Source of the DNA: Bdellovibrionales bacterium
GTDB lineage: Bacteria; Bdellovibrionota; Bdellovibrionia; Bdellovibrionales; UBA1609
Direction of reading: 5' to 3'
Length of the DNA: 64,000 nt
Assembly: GCA_965242515.1 (NCBI GenBank)
Contig: OZ251448.1
Location: forward strand, 326,512-390,511
The position numbers were made by a program, and so were the translations under genes. Of the stretch, positions 1 to 8,416 are shown one piece after another; position 1 is the stretch's first letter, and each line of letters begins with the position of its first letter. The notes under the pieces were generated by a model. The model was not told the DNA's origin and did no database searches. It worked only from the letters and a program-made list of their open reading frames with translations.

Positions 1-749
1 TTGTGATTTTCATCTTGAGAAGAAGATAAAAATTCTATACTCTGTAAAAGTTTTTTCATACTTGGTAAAATATCTTTATATACAGAAAATTCAGCATGAA
101 CTTCTATATCTTTAATTTGGTTTTTTATAAGCAAAATAAGGTTTTTTGCTTTTATATTATCTTTTGTGCCTACATAGTTTAAATCGTTAGATAAATGCTT
201 TAATACTTGTTTAAAAAATTTCTGAAACTCATCATAATGATTTGAAAAAACCGCAAATAACTCATTTAACTGTTGAAGGTTATTAAGCACGGATTGTTCA
301 TGCTTTATGTTATAGAGGTTATTATTGTAAGTACGTGTAGTGTCCTGCGACCATCCCACTATTTGTTGTATTTGAGGTTTTAAGCGACGATGCTCGTGTA
401 AGACCCGTTGCAACTCCTGCATAGCAAGCCTTATGTGCTTAACATGCTTTTGACATTGATGTAAAACATTTTGTTTTTCCTCTTGAGAGTGCCAATACCA
501 ATCCACACTTCTTATTTTTTGCTTGCAATCCCATACAAACACATCCACATGAGGCGAAATACTATCATAACCACATATTGCATACTTTTTTTTAACAAAC
601 CACACAATGTTTGCTGTTGATAAATGGGTTTGTGCATTGTAATATATGATATGCTTGTTGTTGTGACATGTATCACCAAATATTTTAGCTTCCACCCCGA
701 AACAACAAAACACAGCTAATAAAAAATAAATAAAAAAATTATGTCGCAT
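1..749 (-). CDS. hypothetical secreted protein (partial; 3' end lies beyond window start)
   Basis: Absent from the ORF track because it has no stop in the window. Minus-strand ATG at 749..747 opens MRHNFFIYFLLAVFCCFGVEA (signal-peptide-like), and the frame stays open for 249 codons down to position 3. No family recognised. Confidence 0.5.
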   Translation of the reverse strand, partial: MRHNFFIYFLLAVFCCFGVEAKIFGDTCHNNKHIIYYNAQTHLSTANIVWFVKKKYAICGYDSISPHVDVFVWDCKQKIRSVDWYWHSQEEKQNVLHQCQKHVKHIRLAMQELQRVLHEHRRLKPQIQQIVGWSQDTTRTYNNNLYNIKHEQSVLNNLQQLNELFAVFSNHYDEFQKFFKQVLKHLSNDLNYVGTKDNIKAKNLILLIKNQIKDIEVHAEFSVYKDILPSMKKLLQSIEFLSSSQDENH

Positions 750-1668
750 TAATACTATCCCATAGTGCTTTATAGTCAGATTCACTTAAAATTAACCCTT
801 GATGAACAAAATAAGATAATGTAACCGACATTAAAACGGCAGTGTTTTTTATCTCTTGCCCTGTTAGTAGTGTTGTACCCGTACATAACTCATAAATAGC
901 CGAAGTTTCAACCCCTGATTTTTTAAAGTCTGAAGGTATTACACTGCCCGATACGATACTTATGATATGCTCTGCCATAATGAGTGCTATTTGAGCCTTA
1001 ACCTTACTTTTTTTATACTCCTTATCAGCAACCTTTAACATAGATAAACCACACACTCGAGCTTTCATCCCCTGCGGATGATAAGGATTAGCTTCATAGA
1101 GCTTGTGATAAAGCCCTTGCACTTTATCTAAAAACTCACCCTTTGGAGATTGAAATGAGTAAGGTTTTTCATCATCACCAGTATCAGCATCAGCATCAGC
1201 ATCACCACCATCACCACCTGCACCACCGCCAGTAGCACTACTTGAGGGGGTGGTTAAACTTTTATCTTCTAAAAATGCCAGCTCCCCTCTATTATACTTA
1301 GCTTTTAATTTGTTTTTTACAGCCTCCATAATGTTTTCTTCATAAAGCTTATGGGCTTGAGATTTCAACAAAGGCTCTACATTCATGTCTTCTGTTGATT
1401 GCACAGTGTGTTTAAGTGCTTTATTTAAAGCTTGTAAATCTTGGTTTAATTGCAGAGCTTTTAAATCAAGCTCTATTTTATCTTTATAAAACGCTTTAGC
1501 ATCAGAAGTAGGAGCAGGGGTGGATGGTTTTTCACCCAAAGCTTCAGTGGTAGGCAATTTACCTTGAGGTGGAGATGTTGTTCTTTTTTCAGAATCCCCG
1601 CCCTTATGAATCTTGCTACAGCCAATGAGTGTAACTAAAACAATAATAATAAAACTAATAGTATTCAT
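739..1668 (-). CDS. hypothetical lipoprotein
   Basis: ORF 739..1782. An internal ATG at 1668 gives MNTISFIIIVLVTLIGC (lipobox LIGC), the more plausible start. Contains a Gly/Asp-rich low-complexity linker. No family recognised. Confidence 0.6.
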   Translation of the reverse strand: MNTISFIIIVLVTLIGCSKIHKGGDSEKRTTSPPQGKLPTTEALGEKPSTPAPTSDAKAFYKDKIELDLKALQLNQDLQALNKALKHTVQSTEDMNVEPLLKSQAHKLYEENIMEAVKNKLKAKYNRGELAFLEDKSLTTPSSSATGGGAGGDGGDADADADTGDDEKPYSFQSPKGEFLDKVQGLYHKLYEANPYHPQGMKARVCGLSMLKVADKEYKKSKVKAQIALIMAEHIISIVSGSVIPSDFKKSGVETSAIYELCTGTTLLTGQEIKNTAVLMSVTLSYFVHQGLILSESDYKALWDSINAT

Positions 1669-1789
1669 TTTACGCTTTTTTACAATAAAAAACCCTTTAT
1701 AGATTACATAATATTTTTTGTCAAATATTTTATATATTTTTTTGTAAAATTTACATTCTATAATCTCACTTTTATATAACAATAGATTA

Positions 1790-2737
1790 TTAAGGAGTGA
1801 GCAAAGAGTTTAAATTTCTTTTTATATATTCTGCTTGAGCAAAAGCAGATAAATGAATGTCCGCATTATAATAATGCAAGCCCCAATCCTTAATACATTG
1901 CTCCGTTTGAGATTTTTGAAAATCTTTAACAGGATGGTACTTTTTTGAAGCCCATGCAAAAGACCAAAGCCCCCCAGGATACACCACATTAGAATAATGA
2001 TACAAACTAACTATAGGAAAAGCCGACTTAAGAGATTGTAAAATAAACTTTTGTGCTTTCTGCTCACGAGCAAAAAGAGGAGATTCCGCTTGCACCACCA
2101 ACACTCCATCTTTTGTCAATATACGAAACACATTTTTGTAAAACTCGGGAGTAAATAAAGAACACGCAGGTCCTAAAGGGTCAGTCGAATCCACTAACAC
2201 AACATCATACTTTTTTGTACTTCGTTTGACAAACTCTGCCCCATCCTCAAATAATAACTCTACCCGTGGATCTTTAAACGCCCCTGCCAACCTAGGAAAA
2301 TACTTTTTACTTACTTCCACCACCATTTTATCTATTTCCACATTAACAATGCCAGCAACATTGCTGTGCCGTAACACTTCTTTTGCACTACCCCCGTCAC
2401 CACCACCTATAATCAACACGGAGCAAGGTTTAGGGTGCGTAAATAACGGCACATGTGCTATCATCTCGTGATACACAGCCTCATCTTTCTCACTAATCAT
2501 CACAATGCCATCATTTAATAATAACCGCCCTTGACCTGCAGTTTCCACAACATCTATGTTTTGATAAGAGCTTTTAATAGAACATAAAACTTTTTTGCAC
2601 CTAAAGCGAGTGGCAAAATTTTTGCCATGTTGCTCTTCTACCCATAAGTTCATGTTGTTTTGCCCTTGACTTGCTAAAGTGTTGGCAAACTCTTTTAAAT
2701 TGTTGTTGTTGTTAGTGGTAATATTATTGTCAGACAT
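1790..2737 (-). CDS. speE: spermidine synthase (aminopropyltransferase)
   Basis: Motifs VLIIGGGDGG and VVLVDSTDPLGPA. Length and overall pattern are typical of SpeE. Sits directly downstream of the AdoMet decarboxylase gene. Confidence 0.9.
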   Translation of the reverse strand: MSDNNITTNNNNNLKEFANTLASQGQNNMNLWVEEQHGKNFATRFRCKKVLCSIKSSYQNIDVVETAGQGRLLLNDGIVMISEKDEAVYHEMIAHVPLFTHPKPCSVLIIGGGDGGSAKEVLRHSNVAGIVNVEIDKMVVEVSKKYFPRLAGAFKDPRVELLFEDGAEFVKRSTKKYDVVLVDSTDPLGPACSLFTPEFYKNVFRILTKDGVLVVQAESPLFAREQKAQKFILQSLKSAFPIVSLYHYSNVVYPGGLWSFAWASKKYHPVKDFQKSQTEQCIKDWGLHYYNADIHLSAFAQAEYIKRNLNSLLTP

Positions 2738-2752
2738 AAAAAATTCCTTTTT

Positions 2753-3730
2753 TTAAAGTATGGCTGAAGTGGTAGTGACTTGAAAAGGCGGGCGAGGGTA
2801 CTTGTAAGGTCTAAAAAAACTAGAAAATTGCACATGGTATCCACACTCTAAGTGCTGACCAAAAAATGAAGAGCGAATAAAAAAATCAGGTGCACTATAA
2901 GATACTAATTTTTGAGAAGAAAAAACCACCACATCCACACTCACTGGTTTAAAAAGAGATACCACTTTGTGGATAGTCTCTTCTAAAGAAAATTGCATAA
3001 TGTTCGTCTCAAAACTGACATAAAACCCTGGGTTTTGTGGCGTAACATGAATGGTGTAATAATCGTTATTTATCCCTATACCGTTTAAAGAATACCCTTG
3101 AGGATGAAATTTATAATCATCTATTTGAACATTGTTAAAAATCTTATCTATAGGTAATTGCGTTCTAATAGTATTTGCCGAAGCACTGTTAAAAAAAATA
3201 TCTTTTATAGAATCATCTAAATCATACATTAATATCTCGACCGTGCGATCGTTTTTTTGCGGTAAATAAGGAGCTAAAGAATGAAATAAATAAAAATGAT
3301 GCTCATCCGGGCTACCAAAACAAAAAGCCTTACCAGGGATTTTTGTTCTTATTTTATGAAAATCCTCTCCAAAAGAAGTTTTTTGGTGGCGGGGGAAAAG
3401 CTCGTTTTTTCTTTGATAAAAAAGTACTTGCACATCTTCCGGGCGAAGTTTTTTAAGCAAACTAAGCAATGCATTAATGAGAGAAGTGTGACCGCAAGTA
3501 AGCAATAACAAACGATGATCCCACACAAATAAACTGGATTCCGATAGCACATAAGAGTTGCAAAAAGAATGTGAGTAAGTAGATAAAATCCTAGCCCCGG
3601 CTTTGCGACACAACTTACGATAAAAGCCATCATCGTAATCACGCAAAGAAAGAGCCTGAGGAGCTAAAATAATCTCCAGCTTTTTTTCAGACGCTTCAAA
3701 GGGTTGCTTTTTAAAGCTCATTTTGCCCAC
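2753..3730 (-). CDS. speD: S-adenosylmethionine decarboxylase proenzyme, class 2 (eukaryote-type)
   Basis: 325 aa carrying the eukaryotic AdoMetDC signature blocks: FEASEKKLE, YVLSESSLFV (self-processing site E/S), LLTCGHT, FYQRKN, TVEILMYDLD, HPQGYSLNG, YYTIHVTPQNPGFYVSFETN and KVVSLFKP. Confidence 0.9.
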   Translation of the reverse strand: MGKMSFKKQPFEASEKKLEIILAPQALSLRDYDDGFYRKLCRKAGARILSTYSHSFCNSYVLSESSLFVWDHRLLLLTCGHTSLINALLSLLKKLRPEDVQVLFYQRKNELFPRHQKTSFGEDFHKIRTKIPGKAFCFGSPDEHHFYLFHSLAPYLPQKNDRTVEILMYDLDDSIKDIFFNSASANTIRTQLPIDKIFNNVQIDDYKFHPQGYSLNGIGINNDYYTIHVTPQNPGFYVSFETNIMQFSLEETIHKVVSLFKPVSVDVVVFSSQKLVSYSAPDFFIRSSFFGQHLECGYHVQFSSFFRPYKYPRPPFQVTTTSAIL

Positions 3731-4166
3731 TCTCCGTTTTAACTTATCCTGCTTAAAAATTTTAAAGTTTTACCTTCATACACTATTTTAATTTTTTTGC
3801 CAAGCCTAAATTGTAAAAATAGTGATGCATGAGTTAGGACATGCCCTAGGTTTCCCCGACCCTCCTCCCTCCCCTCCCCTGTCTACCTTCATCCAATCAA
3901 CCAAAAAAATTACCCCTTTGGCTTTATAAGTGTTAAATTGTAAAAAATGCTTTTGAGTGAGGTTTTTTCCCTTAAAAACAAGTGTCTATTTACTGCTACT
4001 TTAGGATAAATCGCGGAAGGAGAAGCTTTTAACACAGAGCATTAAGCTATTGATAGTAAAATATATTGTATTTGGGTATAATACATAAGGTATAGTACAA
4101 TTTATGAGTTGAGTGCAATTTTATGAAGCTCATTTATGAAACTGTAACTTTTGAGACTATAATTAT

Positions 4167-5120
4167 ATGAAACGATTAACATTTCTCTTGTTTTTAATAA
4201 GTGTTATGGCTTTTTCAGCCGAATCAGCGGTTATCATAAAAATCAAAGGTCGCAAAGCTCTTATAAAATTAGAAGGAGCTACCGCTGAAAAGGGCGACCG
4301 GTTTGATGCTCTTAACCTTTACGGAAAACCTTTAGGGCTATTGGAAATTAGAAAAGTAAAACGGGATAAAGCCATTGCTGTCTTAATTAAAGGCAAAATG
4401 GAAGTTAATTGGATACTAGACCCATCGGATGATAGCCAAAGCTCTTTTAAAGAGGAATCTCCCAGTGATTTTAAAGCTCCCAGCTCTCAAGCCAGTGCTA
4501 AAAGCCAATCAACGGCATCCTTACCATTATCACCCACTCTTACAGAAACAAAACACACTTTTTATGATCGCCAATCTCATAAAGCGTTAGGCTTATTTAT
4601 AGGGCCTTATTTAAACTGGGTGCGACTTTCTTCTAGCACTAGTGCGTCTGGCTTCAGCTGGAAAACAAGTGGCACTTTTGACCTTATTTTTAACCAATAC
4701 TTATCTGTGAGGTTAAATGCTGGTTATCAAACTCTGAAAGTAGAAGGTCAGGATTGCGACAATATCACTAATTGTAAATTAGTGTTGCATTATCCTGGTG
4801 CAGGTTTGCTTCTCCGGGTGAGTTTTTTAAAAAATACTTTGTTTCAGCCTTGGGTAGGTGTGGGAGGGCAATTATTTTGGCCCATCGTCAATAAACAATA
4901 CGATTTAGGCTTAGATGAAAAAAGCTTTAACGGCTTTCACGGCTCTTTACTTGGTGCTATAGGTGTGGATATTCAACTCAAAACAATTTACTTCCCCATT
5001 CAGCTAGAAATGGGCTGGATTAACCCTGTGCTTATATCCTTCAACCCTGTTAAAGAAGGTTCTAAAGAATTTAAACCACTCTATGTGGGGCTTTTGCTCG
5101 GCATAGGTTTCTACATGTAA
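4167..5120 (+). CDS. putative outer-membrane beta-barrel protein
   Basis: N-terminal signal peptide (MKRLTFLLFLISVMAFSAES). The C-terminal half has alternating hydrophobic beta-strand patterns and ends in GIGFYM. Ser/Pro-rich linker. Confidence 0.5.
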   Translation: MKRLTFLLFLISVMAFSAESAVIIKIKGRKALIKLEGATAEKGDRFDALNLYGKPLGLLEIRKVKRDKAIAVLIKGKMEVNWILDPSDDSQSSFKEESPSDFKAPSSQASAKSQSTASLPLSPTLTETKHTFYDRQSHKALGLFIGPYLNWVRLSSSTSASGFSWKTSGTFDLIFNQYLSVRLNAGYQTLKVEGQDCDNITNCKLVLHYPGAGLLLRVSFLKNTLFQPWVGVGGQLFWPIVNKQYDLGLDEKSFNGFHGSLLGAIGVDIQLKTIYFPIQLEMGWINPVLISFNPVKEGSKEFKPLYVGLLLGIGFYM

Positions 5121-5225
5121 GCTTTTTCTCCATATAAGGCTTTTTTATAAGACTTTTACATATACTTTTACATATACTTTTACATATACTTTTTTACATG
5201 TAAGATTGAGTTTTTTTTAAGAAAG

Positions 5226-5299
5226 TAGCGAGGGAGGGACTTGAACCCCCGACACGCGGATTATGATTCCGCTGCTCTAACCACCTGAGCTACCCCGCC
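5226..5299 (-). tRNA. tRNA with CAU anticodon (elongator Met, or Ile2 if lysidine-modified)
   Basis: The reverse complement GGCGGGGTAGCTCAGGTGGTTAGAGCAGCGGAATCATAATCCGCGTGTCGGGGGTTCAAGTCCCTCCCTCGCTA folds as a cloverleaf. It has U8, a GCTC/GAGC D-stem, anticodon loop AT-CAT-AA and a GGTTCAAGTCC T-arm. CCA is not encoded. Confidence 0.85.
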
Positions 5300-5433
5300 T
5301 TATAAAATGGCGTATTTACCATATTTATTACAACAGCCACTTCACAATATTTTATGAGTTTTACAAAACATACTCATTATTTTGTTTTATTGTATTTTTA
5401 ATCATTGGTTGTTATAGTTATTTATATAATAGC

Positions 5434-5907
5434 ATGAAAAGATGGTTATTGATATTTTTATTCTTCAGTTTATTCTTTAGTGGGTGTGTTTCTACACAAC
5501 CTCCTCGAGATATTATCGGACCTATATCCAAGGTATTTTACACCGATTACAAAAACACATGGCAAGCGTTAATGCTAGCTTTAGAAAACTACCCTCTTGC
5601 TGAAGAAGATAAAGAAACAGGTTATGTAAAAACAGAAACCATAAAAGGCGAAACTCTTTGGCAATTACCTTTCCAGACAAATACCGTACATGGTCTGCGG
5701 TATTCGCTTTATGTGCAGGTGGTAAAAGGTAGTGCGAGGGAAAAACCTGCAACGCAGGTGAGCATTACAAAAAAGCTACTTTCTAGAAAAGGTTTTATAG
5801 ATAGTTATCATCGTGTAGCATCTAACGGGTTAGAGGAAAAGTTTATTTTGTATCGCATTTTACGCGAAATAAACATTAACAAAATGATTGTAGCCAACCG
5901 CAAATAA
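5434..5907 (+). CDS. hypothetical lipoprotein
   Basis: Signal peptide with lipobox FFSGC. 157 aa. No family recognised. Confidence 0.55.
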   Translation: MKRWLLIFLFFSLFFSGCVSTQPPRDIIGPISKVFYTDYKNTWQALMLALENYPLAEEDKETGYVKTETIKGETLWQLPFQTNTVHGLRYSLYVQVVKGSAREKPATQVSITKKLLSRKGFIDSYHRVASNGLEEKFILYRILREININKMIVANRK

Positions 5908-6040
5908 CACTCTCTTTCCCCTTTATTTTTAGGTTCAAAAGACACCTTGAGTGGAAAACTCATGCCTTTTTAATTTAATAAGATTCACCGCACAAGCTTT
6001 TTTTTATTTTTTTTTAATTGCGTGTAAATATTACATAGTT

Positions 6041-6424
6041 TTAATTCGCCGGCGGTGTGGGGTTAGCTTTTAACCTGGCTTTTATGCGTTTTAAGTTTGC
6101 TGCCGTTTTAAGCCGAAAGTTTTCAGCACTACTTTTACTTTGATCAAACTGATATTGGCTTGAACCATCCGCTTCTTTTGGTACATTAGCAAGGTTGGGA
6201 GGGGGGTCTGATACTTCTGGACCTACTACTGGACTAGTATCTGCATCATCTTGTGGGGGTAATACACACATTGGATGTTTCCCTTGAGAAAGTGTACCTC
6301 CTTGTGCCTTACAACTATCTTTTAAAGTAACATACTCATCTGGTTTTCCTCCAATGCATTTGTCTTTATACCAAGTGCCTCCTTGTGCCTTACAACTATC
6401 TTTCATAGGTTTTACACATTCCAA
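6041..6424 (-). CDS. hypothetical protein with duplicated KDSCKAQGGT motif
   Basis: ORF with a TTG start. Internal duplication of KDSCKAQGGT(W/L). Pro-rich middle and basic tail. No signal peptide seen. Confidence 0.35.
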   Translation of the reverse strand: MECVKPMKDSCKAQGGTWYKDKCIGGKPDEYVTLKDSCKAQGGTLSQGKHPMCVLPPQDDADTSPVVGPEVSDPPPNLANVPKEADGSSQYQFDQSKSSAENFRLKTAANLKRIKARLKANPTPPAN

Positions 6425-6657
6425 CCGCCCTGTTTGTTTTTTTTCTAAAGTGTCTCAAAATGATACACTCCTTGCTTTATGTTCATATAGCTTTAAGCTT
6501 TAAAGCTTAGCAGAAGATACAGGCTTTGAGGCTATTTATCTTTTTGTAGCTTTGGTTTTTTTACAATATCTCTGGATATTCTTATGGGCTTTCTCTGTTA
6601 GATCATAGAAAGTATGTGGTGAGGTTTTTAAACTACCCTTAAAAGTTTAAAAAGCCT

Positions 6658-7104
6658 TTAATTTTTATTATTTTTTCTTAAAATATCTATTAGTAGCTTA
6701 TATATTTCTTTGTGACCGTTATGCACCTCTTTTTTTAGATCACTTATTTCTTTGGTAGTATCTGTAATATGGTTACTTAGTTTTTCATCTATCTTTTTTA
6801 TACTGCTTGCCATACCCTGAAACTTGTTTTCCATACCCTGAAACTTGTTTTCCATACCCTGAAACTTGTTTTCCATACCCTGAAACTTGTTTTCCATACC
6901 CTGAAACTTGTTTTCCATACCCTGAAACTTGTTTTCCATACCATGGGACTTGTTTTCCATACCATGGGACTTGTTTTCCACACCCTGAATTTTCTCGTTT
7001 ATAGCCTTAATATCCCATGATACCCTTAAAAGCAATACGATTACAACTACTATACCTATCGGCACGGATTGCTGAAATAAACTTAATAAACCTACTGTCG
7101 TCAT
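6658..7104 (-). CDS. membrane-anchored coiled-coil protein with heptapeptide tandem repeats
   Basis: N-terminal TM segment (PIGIVVVIVLLL), then 9 repeats of G(M/V)ENK(F/S)(Q/H), then a coiled-coil tail. Confidence 0.6.
   Translation of the reverse strand: MTTVGLLSLFQQSVPIGIVVVIVLLLRVSWDIKAINEKIQGVENKSHGMENKSHGMENKFQGMENKFQGMENKFQGMENKFQGMENKFQGMENKFQGMASSIKKIDEKLSNHITDTTKEISDLKKEVHNGHKEIYKLLIDILRKNNKN
6810..6998. repeat. 9 x 21-bp tandem repeat inside the CDS
   Basis: ccataccctgaaacttgtttt x6, ccataccatgggacttgtttt x2, and one degenerate unit. All three frames are open on both strands, which explains ORFs 6798..6983 and 6807..7004. Confidence 0.95.
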
Positions 7105-7230
7105 TAATTTGAACCTCCTCTTTATTTTTCGGATAAACTATAAAACCATAAAAAACAATAGGTTTTTTTAAAATTTCTTAAAAATTCTGTAAGATTTTCA
7201 CACAATACCTCGGTCTTGCTCATTATCGCC

Positions 7231-7288
7231 CACATGAAGGTAGAGCATCATGCTAGTGGTGCATCACAAACCCTCACCTTTTTGGGTG
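7231..7288 (-). repeat. family D repeat (reverse orientation) overlapping the 3' end of the HEAT-repeat CDS
   Basis: atgaaggtagagcatcatgctagtggtgcatcacaaaccctcacctttttgggtg resembles the D copy at 35735..35800 (ggatgaggttagggcatgcagtgcatcaaaagcaaccccctttgggggtg). Confidence 0.55.
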
Positions 7289-8013
7289 TTAATTTTCTTT
7301 AAAGCAGATAAGGCTATGGAGTGTAATCTAGGGTCAGGATCTTTAAGTAAAGAGACAAATAGTGCTTTGTCACCAGATATGGCAAAATCGGCTAGTGCGG
7401 ATGCGATATGGTGCCTAATCCAAAGGGAGGAGTTTTTATAAAAACTATCTTTAGCGTTAAGTTTTTCTATCAATCGCAGTTTATAGCGGGAGGCTTTTTG
7501 TCTGCGAATCAAGTCCACTGCAGCTGTGCGTACTACTAAGGATGGGTCATCTAGTAGTTTATCGGCGTACTGAAGAGCTAAACGAGTGTCTACTACTTCC
7601 ATAGCCAACAAAGTGGCATTGCGGACAAACCACACTGGATGACTAAATAACGAGCGTAACACAGCCCTTGCTCTATAAGGCTCCACACTATGAGCTAAAC
7701 TGATTAATGCATTCCAACGAGTGTGCATACTTTCTCTATCAGAAAGTGCAATCTTTTTAAGTAGATAGAATAATAAATTAGTATCATACTTTAAAAAAAC
7801 ATGTGTGCGATTTTCTAAAGGAAGGTTTAAAATCATTTTAATATCAGCCCTGTTTTGTTTGAATGCCCCGTAAGATGTTTTTAACGCCAATGAGTAAGAA
7901 TAATGACCACTTAGTAACATCATTATCAAAACCCCTACTAATAAAAATGCACGATATTTAACATTGTGTAGCATGGACTTTTGTATAGGATTTTTATAAA
8001 AAAATAGCAACAT
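7264..8013 (-). CDS. HEAT-repeat protein with N-terminal membrane anchor
   Basis: Repeated helical units of HEAT type (DPSLVVRTAAVDLI, DPDPRLHSIALSAL, HPVWFVRNATLLAM). Hydrophobic N-terminus. Confidence 0.6.
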   Translation of the reverse strand: MLLFFYKNPIQKSMLHNVKYRAFLLVGVLIMMLLSGHYSYSLALKTSYGAFKQNRADIKMILNLPLENRTHVFLKYDTNLLFYLLKKIALSDRESMHTRWNALISLAHSVEPYRARAVLRSLFSHPVWFVRNATLLAMEVVDTRLALQYADKLLDDPSLVVRTAAVDLIRRQKASRYKLRLIEKLNAKDSFYKNSSLWIRHHIASALADFAISGDKALFVSLLKDPDPRLHSIALSALKKINTQKGEGL

Positions 8014-8137
8014 ACAATGACTACATGCAACATGGTAATTATTCCTGCTTATGAGCAGGACTCTAGAAAGTCATTTTTAAAGTAAAAAAAGTAAGTCAAA
8101 ATCAGTGTACCGAATTTACTTGTAAAAAAATCTCATC

Positions 8138-8257
8138 GCAGAAGGAAAAACCATGCTCAAAACGAGTTCGGATTTGACGCAAAGTGATAAGCTAAAAGCT
8201 TAACGCTTTTGCGGTAAACCGCAGTCCAAAGATCTGGAGTGAGGTTTTTCTTTCTGC
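8138..8257 (+). repeat. family A palindromic MITE-like element (type copy)
   Basis: Terminal inverted repeats gcagaaggaaaaacc / ggtttttctttctgc. Conserved core aaaacgagttcggatttga. Central hairpin cgcaaagtg-ataagctaaaagctta-acgcttttgcg. Confidence 0.9.
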
Positions 8258-8416
8258 AAAAGAGCTTTTTGAATAATAAACTAGACTGGATTCTTGCTTT
8301 CTGCTTGCTTTTCTCACTCAAAAGTGTTCTAATCAAAAAAATGCTTGATGGTGCTGATTAATTAATTAATTAAAAGGCAATAAACAAAAAAGAGGTAAGA
8401 GAATGGTTGGTAGAAT

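Noticed and set aside
2226-3642. Short ORFs 2226..2471, 3296..3508 and 3349..3642 inside speE and the AdoMetDC gene. Also similar internal or antisense ORFs in carB (16092..17307), ftsH (34157..35035), nnr (27757..28753), the ETF-QO gene, murF, mraY, the pil genes, glmM and the S8 genes.
   Set aside because: They overlap confidently identified genes in other frames or strands and have low-complexity translations. They are shadow ORFs.
5150-5200. 3 x 12-bp repeat (acttttacatat) downstream of the OMP gene, and short duplicated 24-mers at 49045..49100 upstream of murF and tRNA-Leu.
   Set aside because: These are small AT-rich microsatellite-like duplications. No terminator or operator structure is evident.
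8138-8257. Whether family A is a tRNA-derived element or a riboswitch (gagttcgg resembles a T-arm).
   Set aside because: No cloverleaf or acceptor stem can be drawn. The whole unit folds as one long imperfect hairpin, occurs in both orientations, and has no consistent relation to downstream genes.
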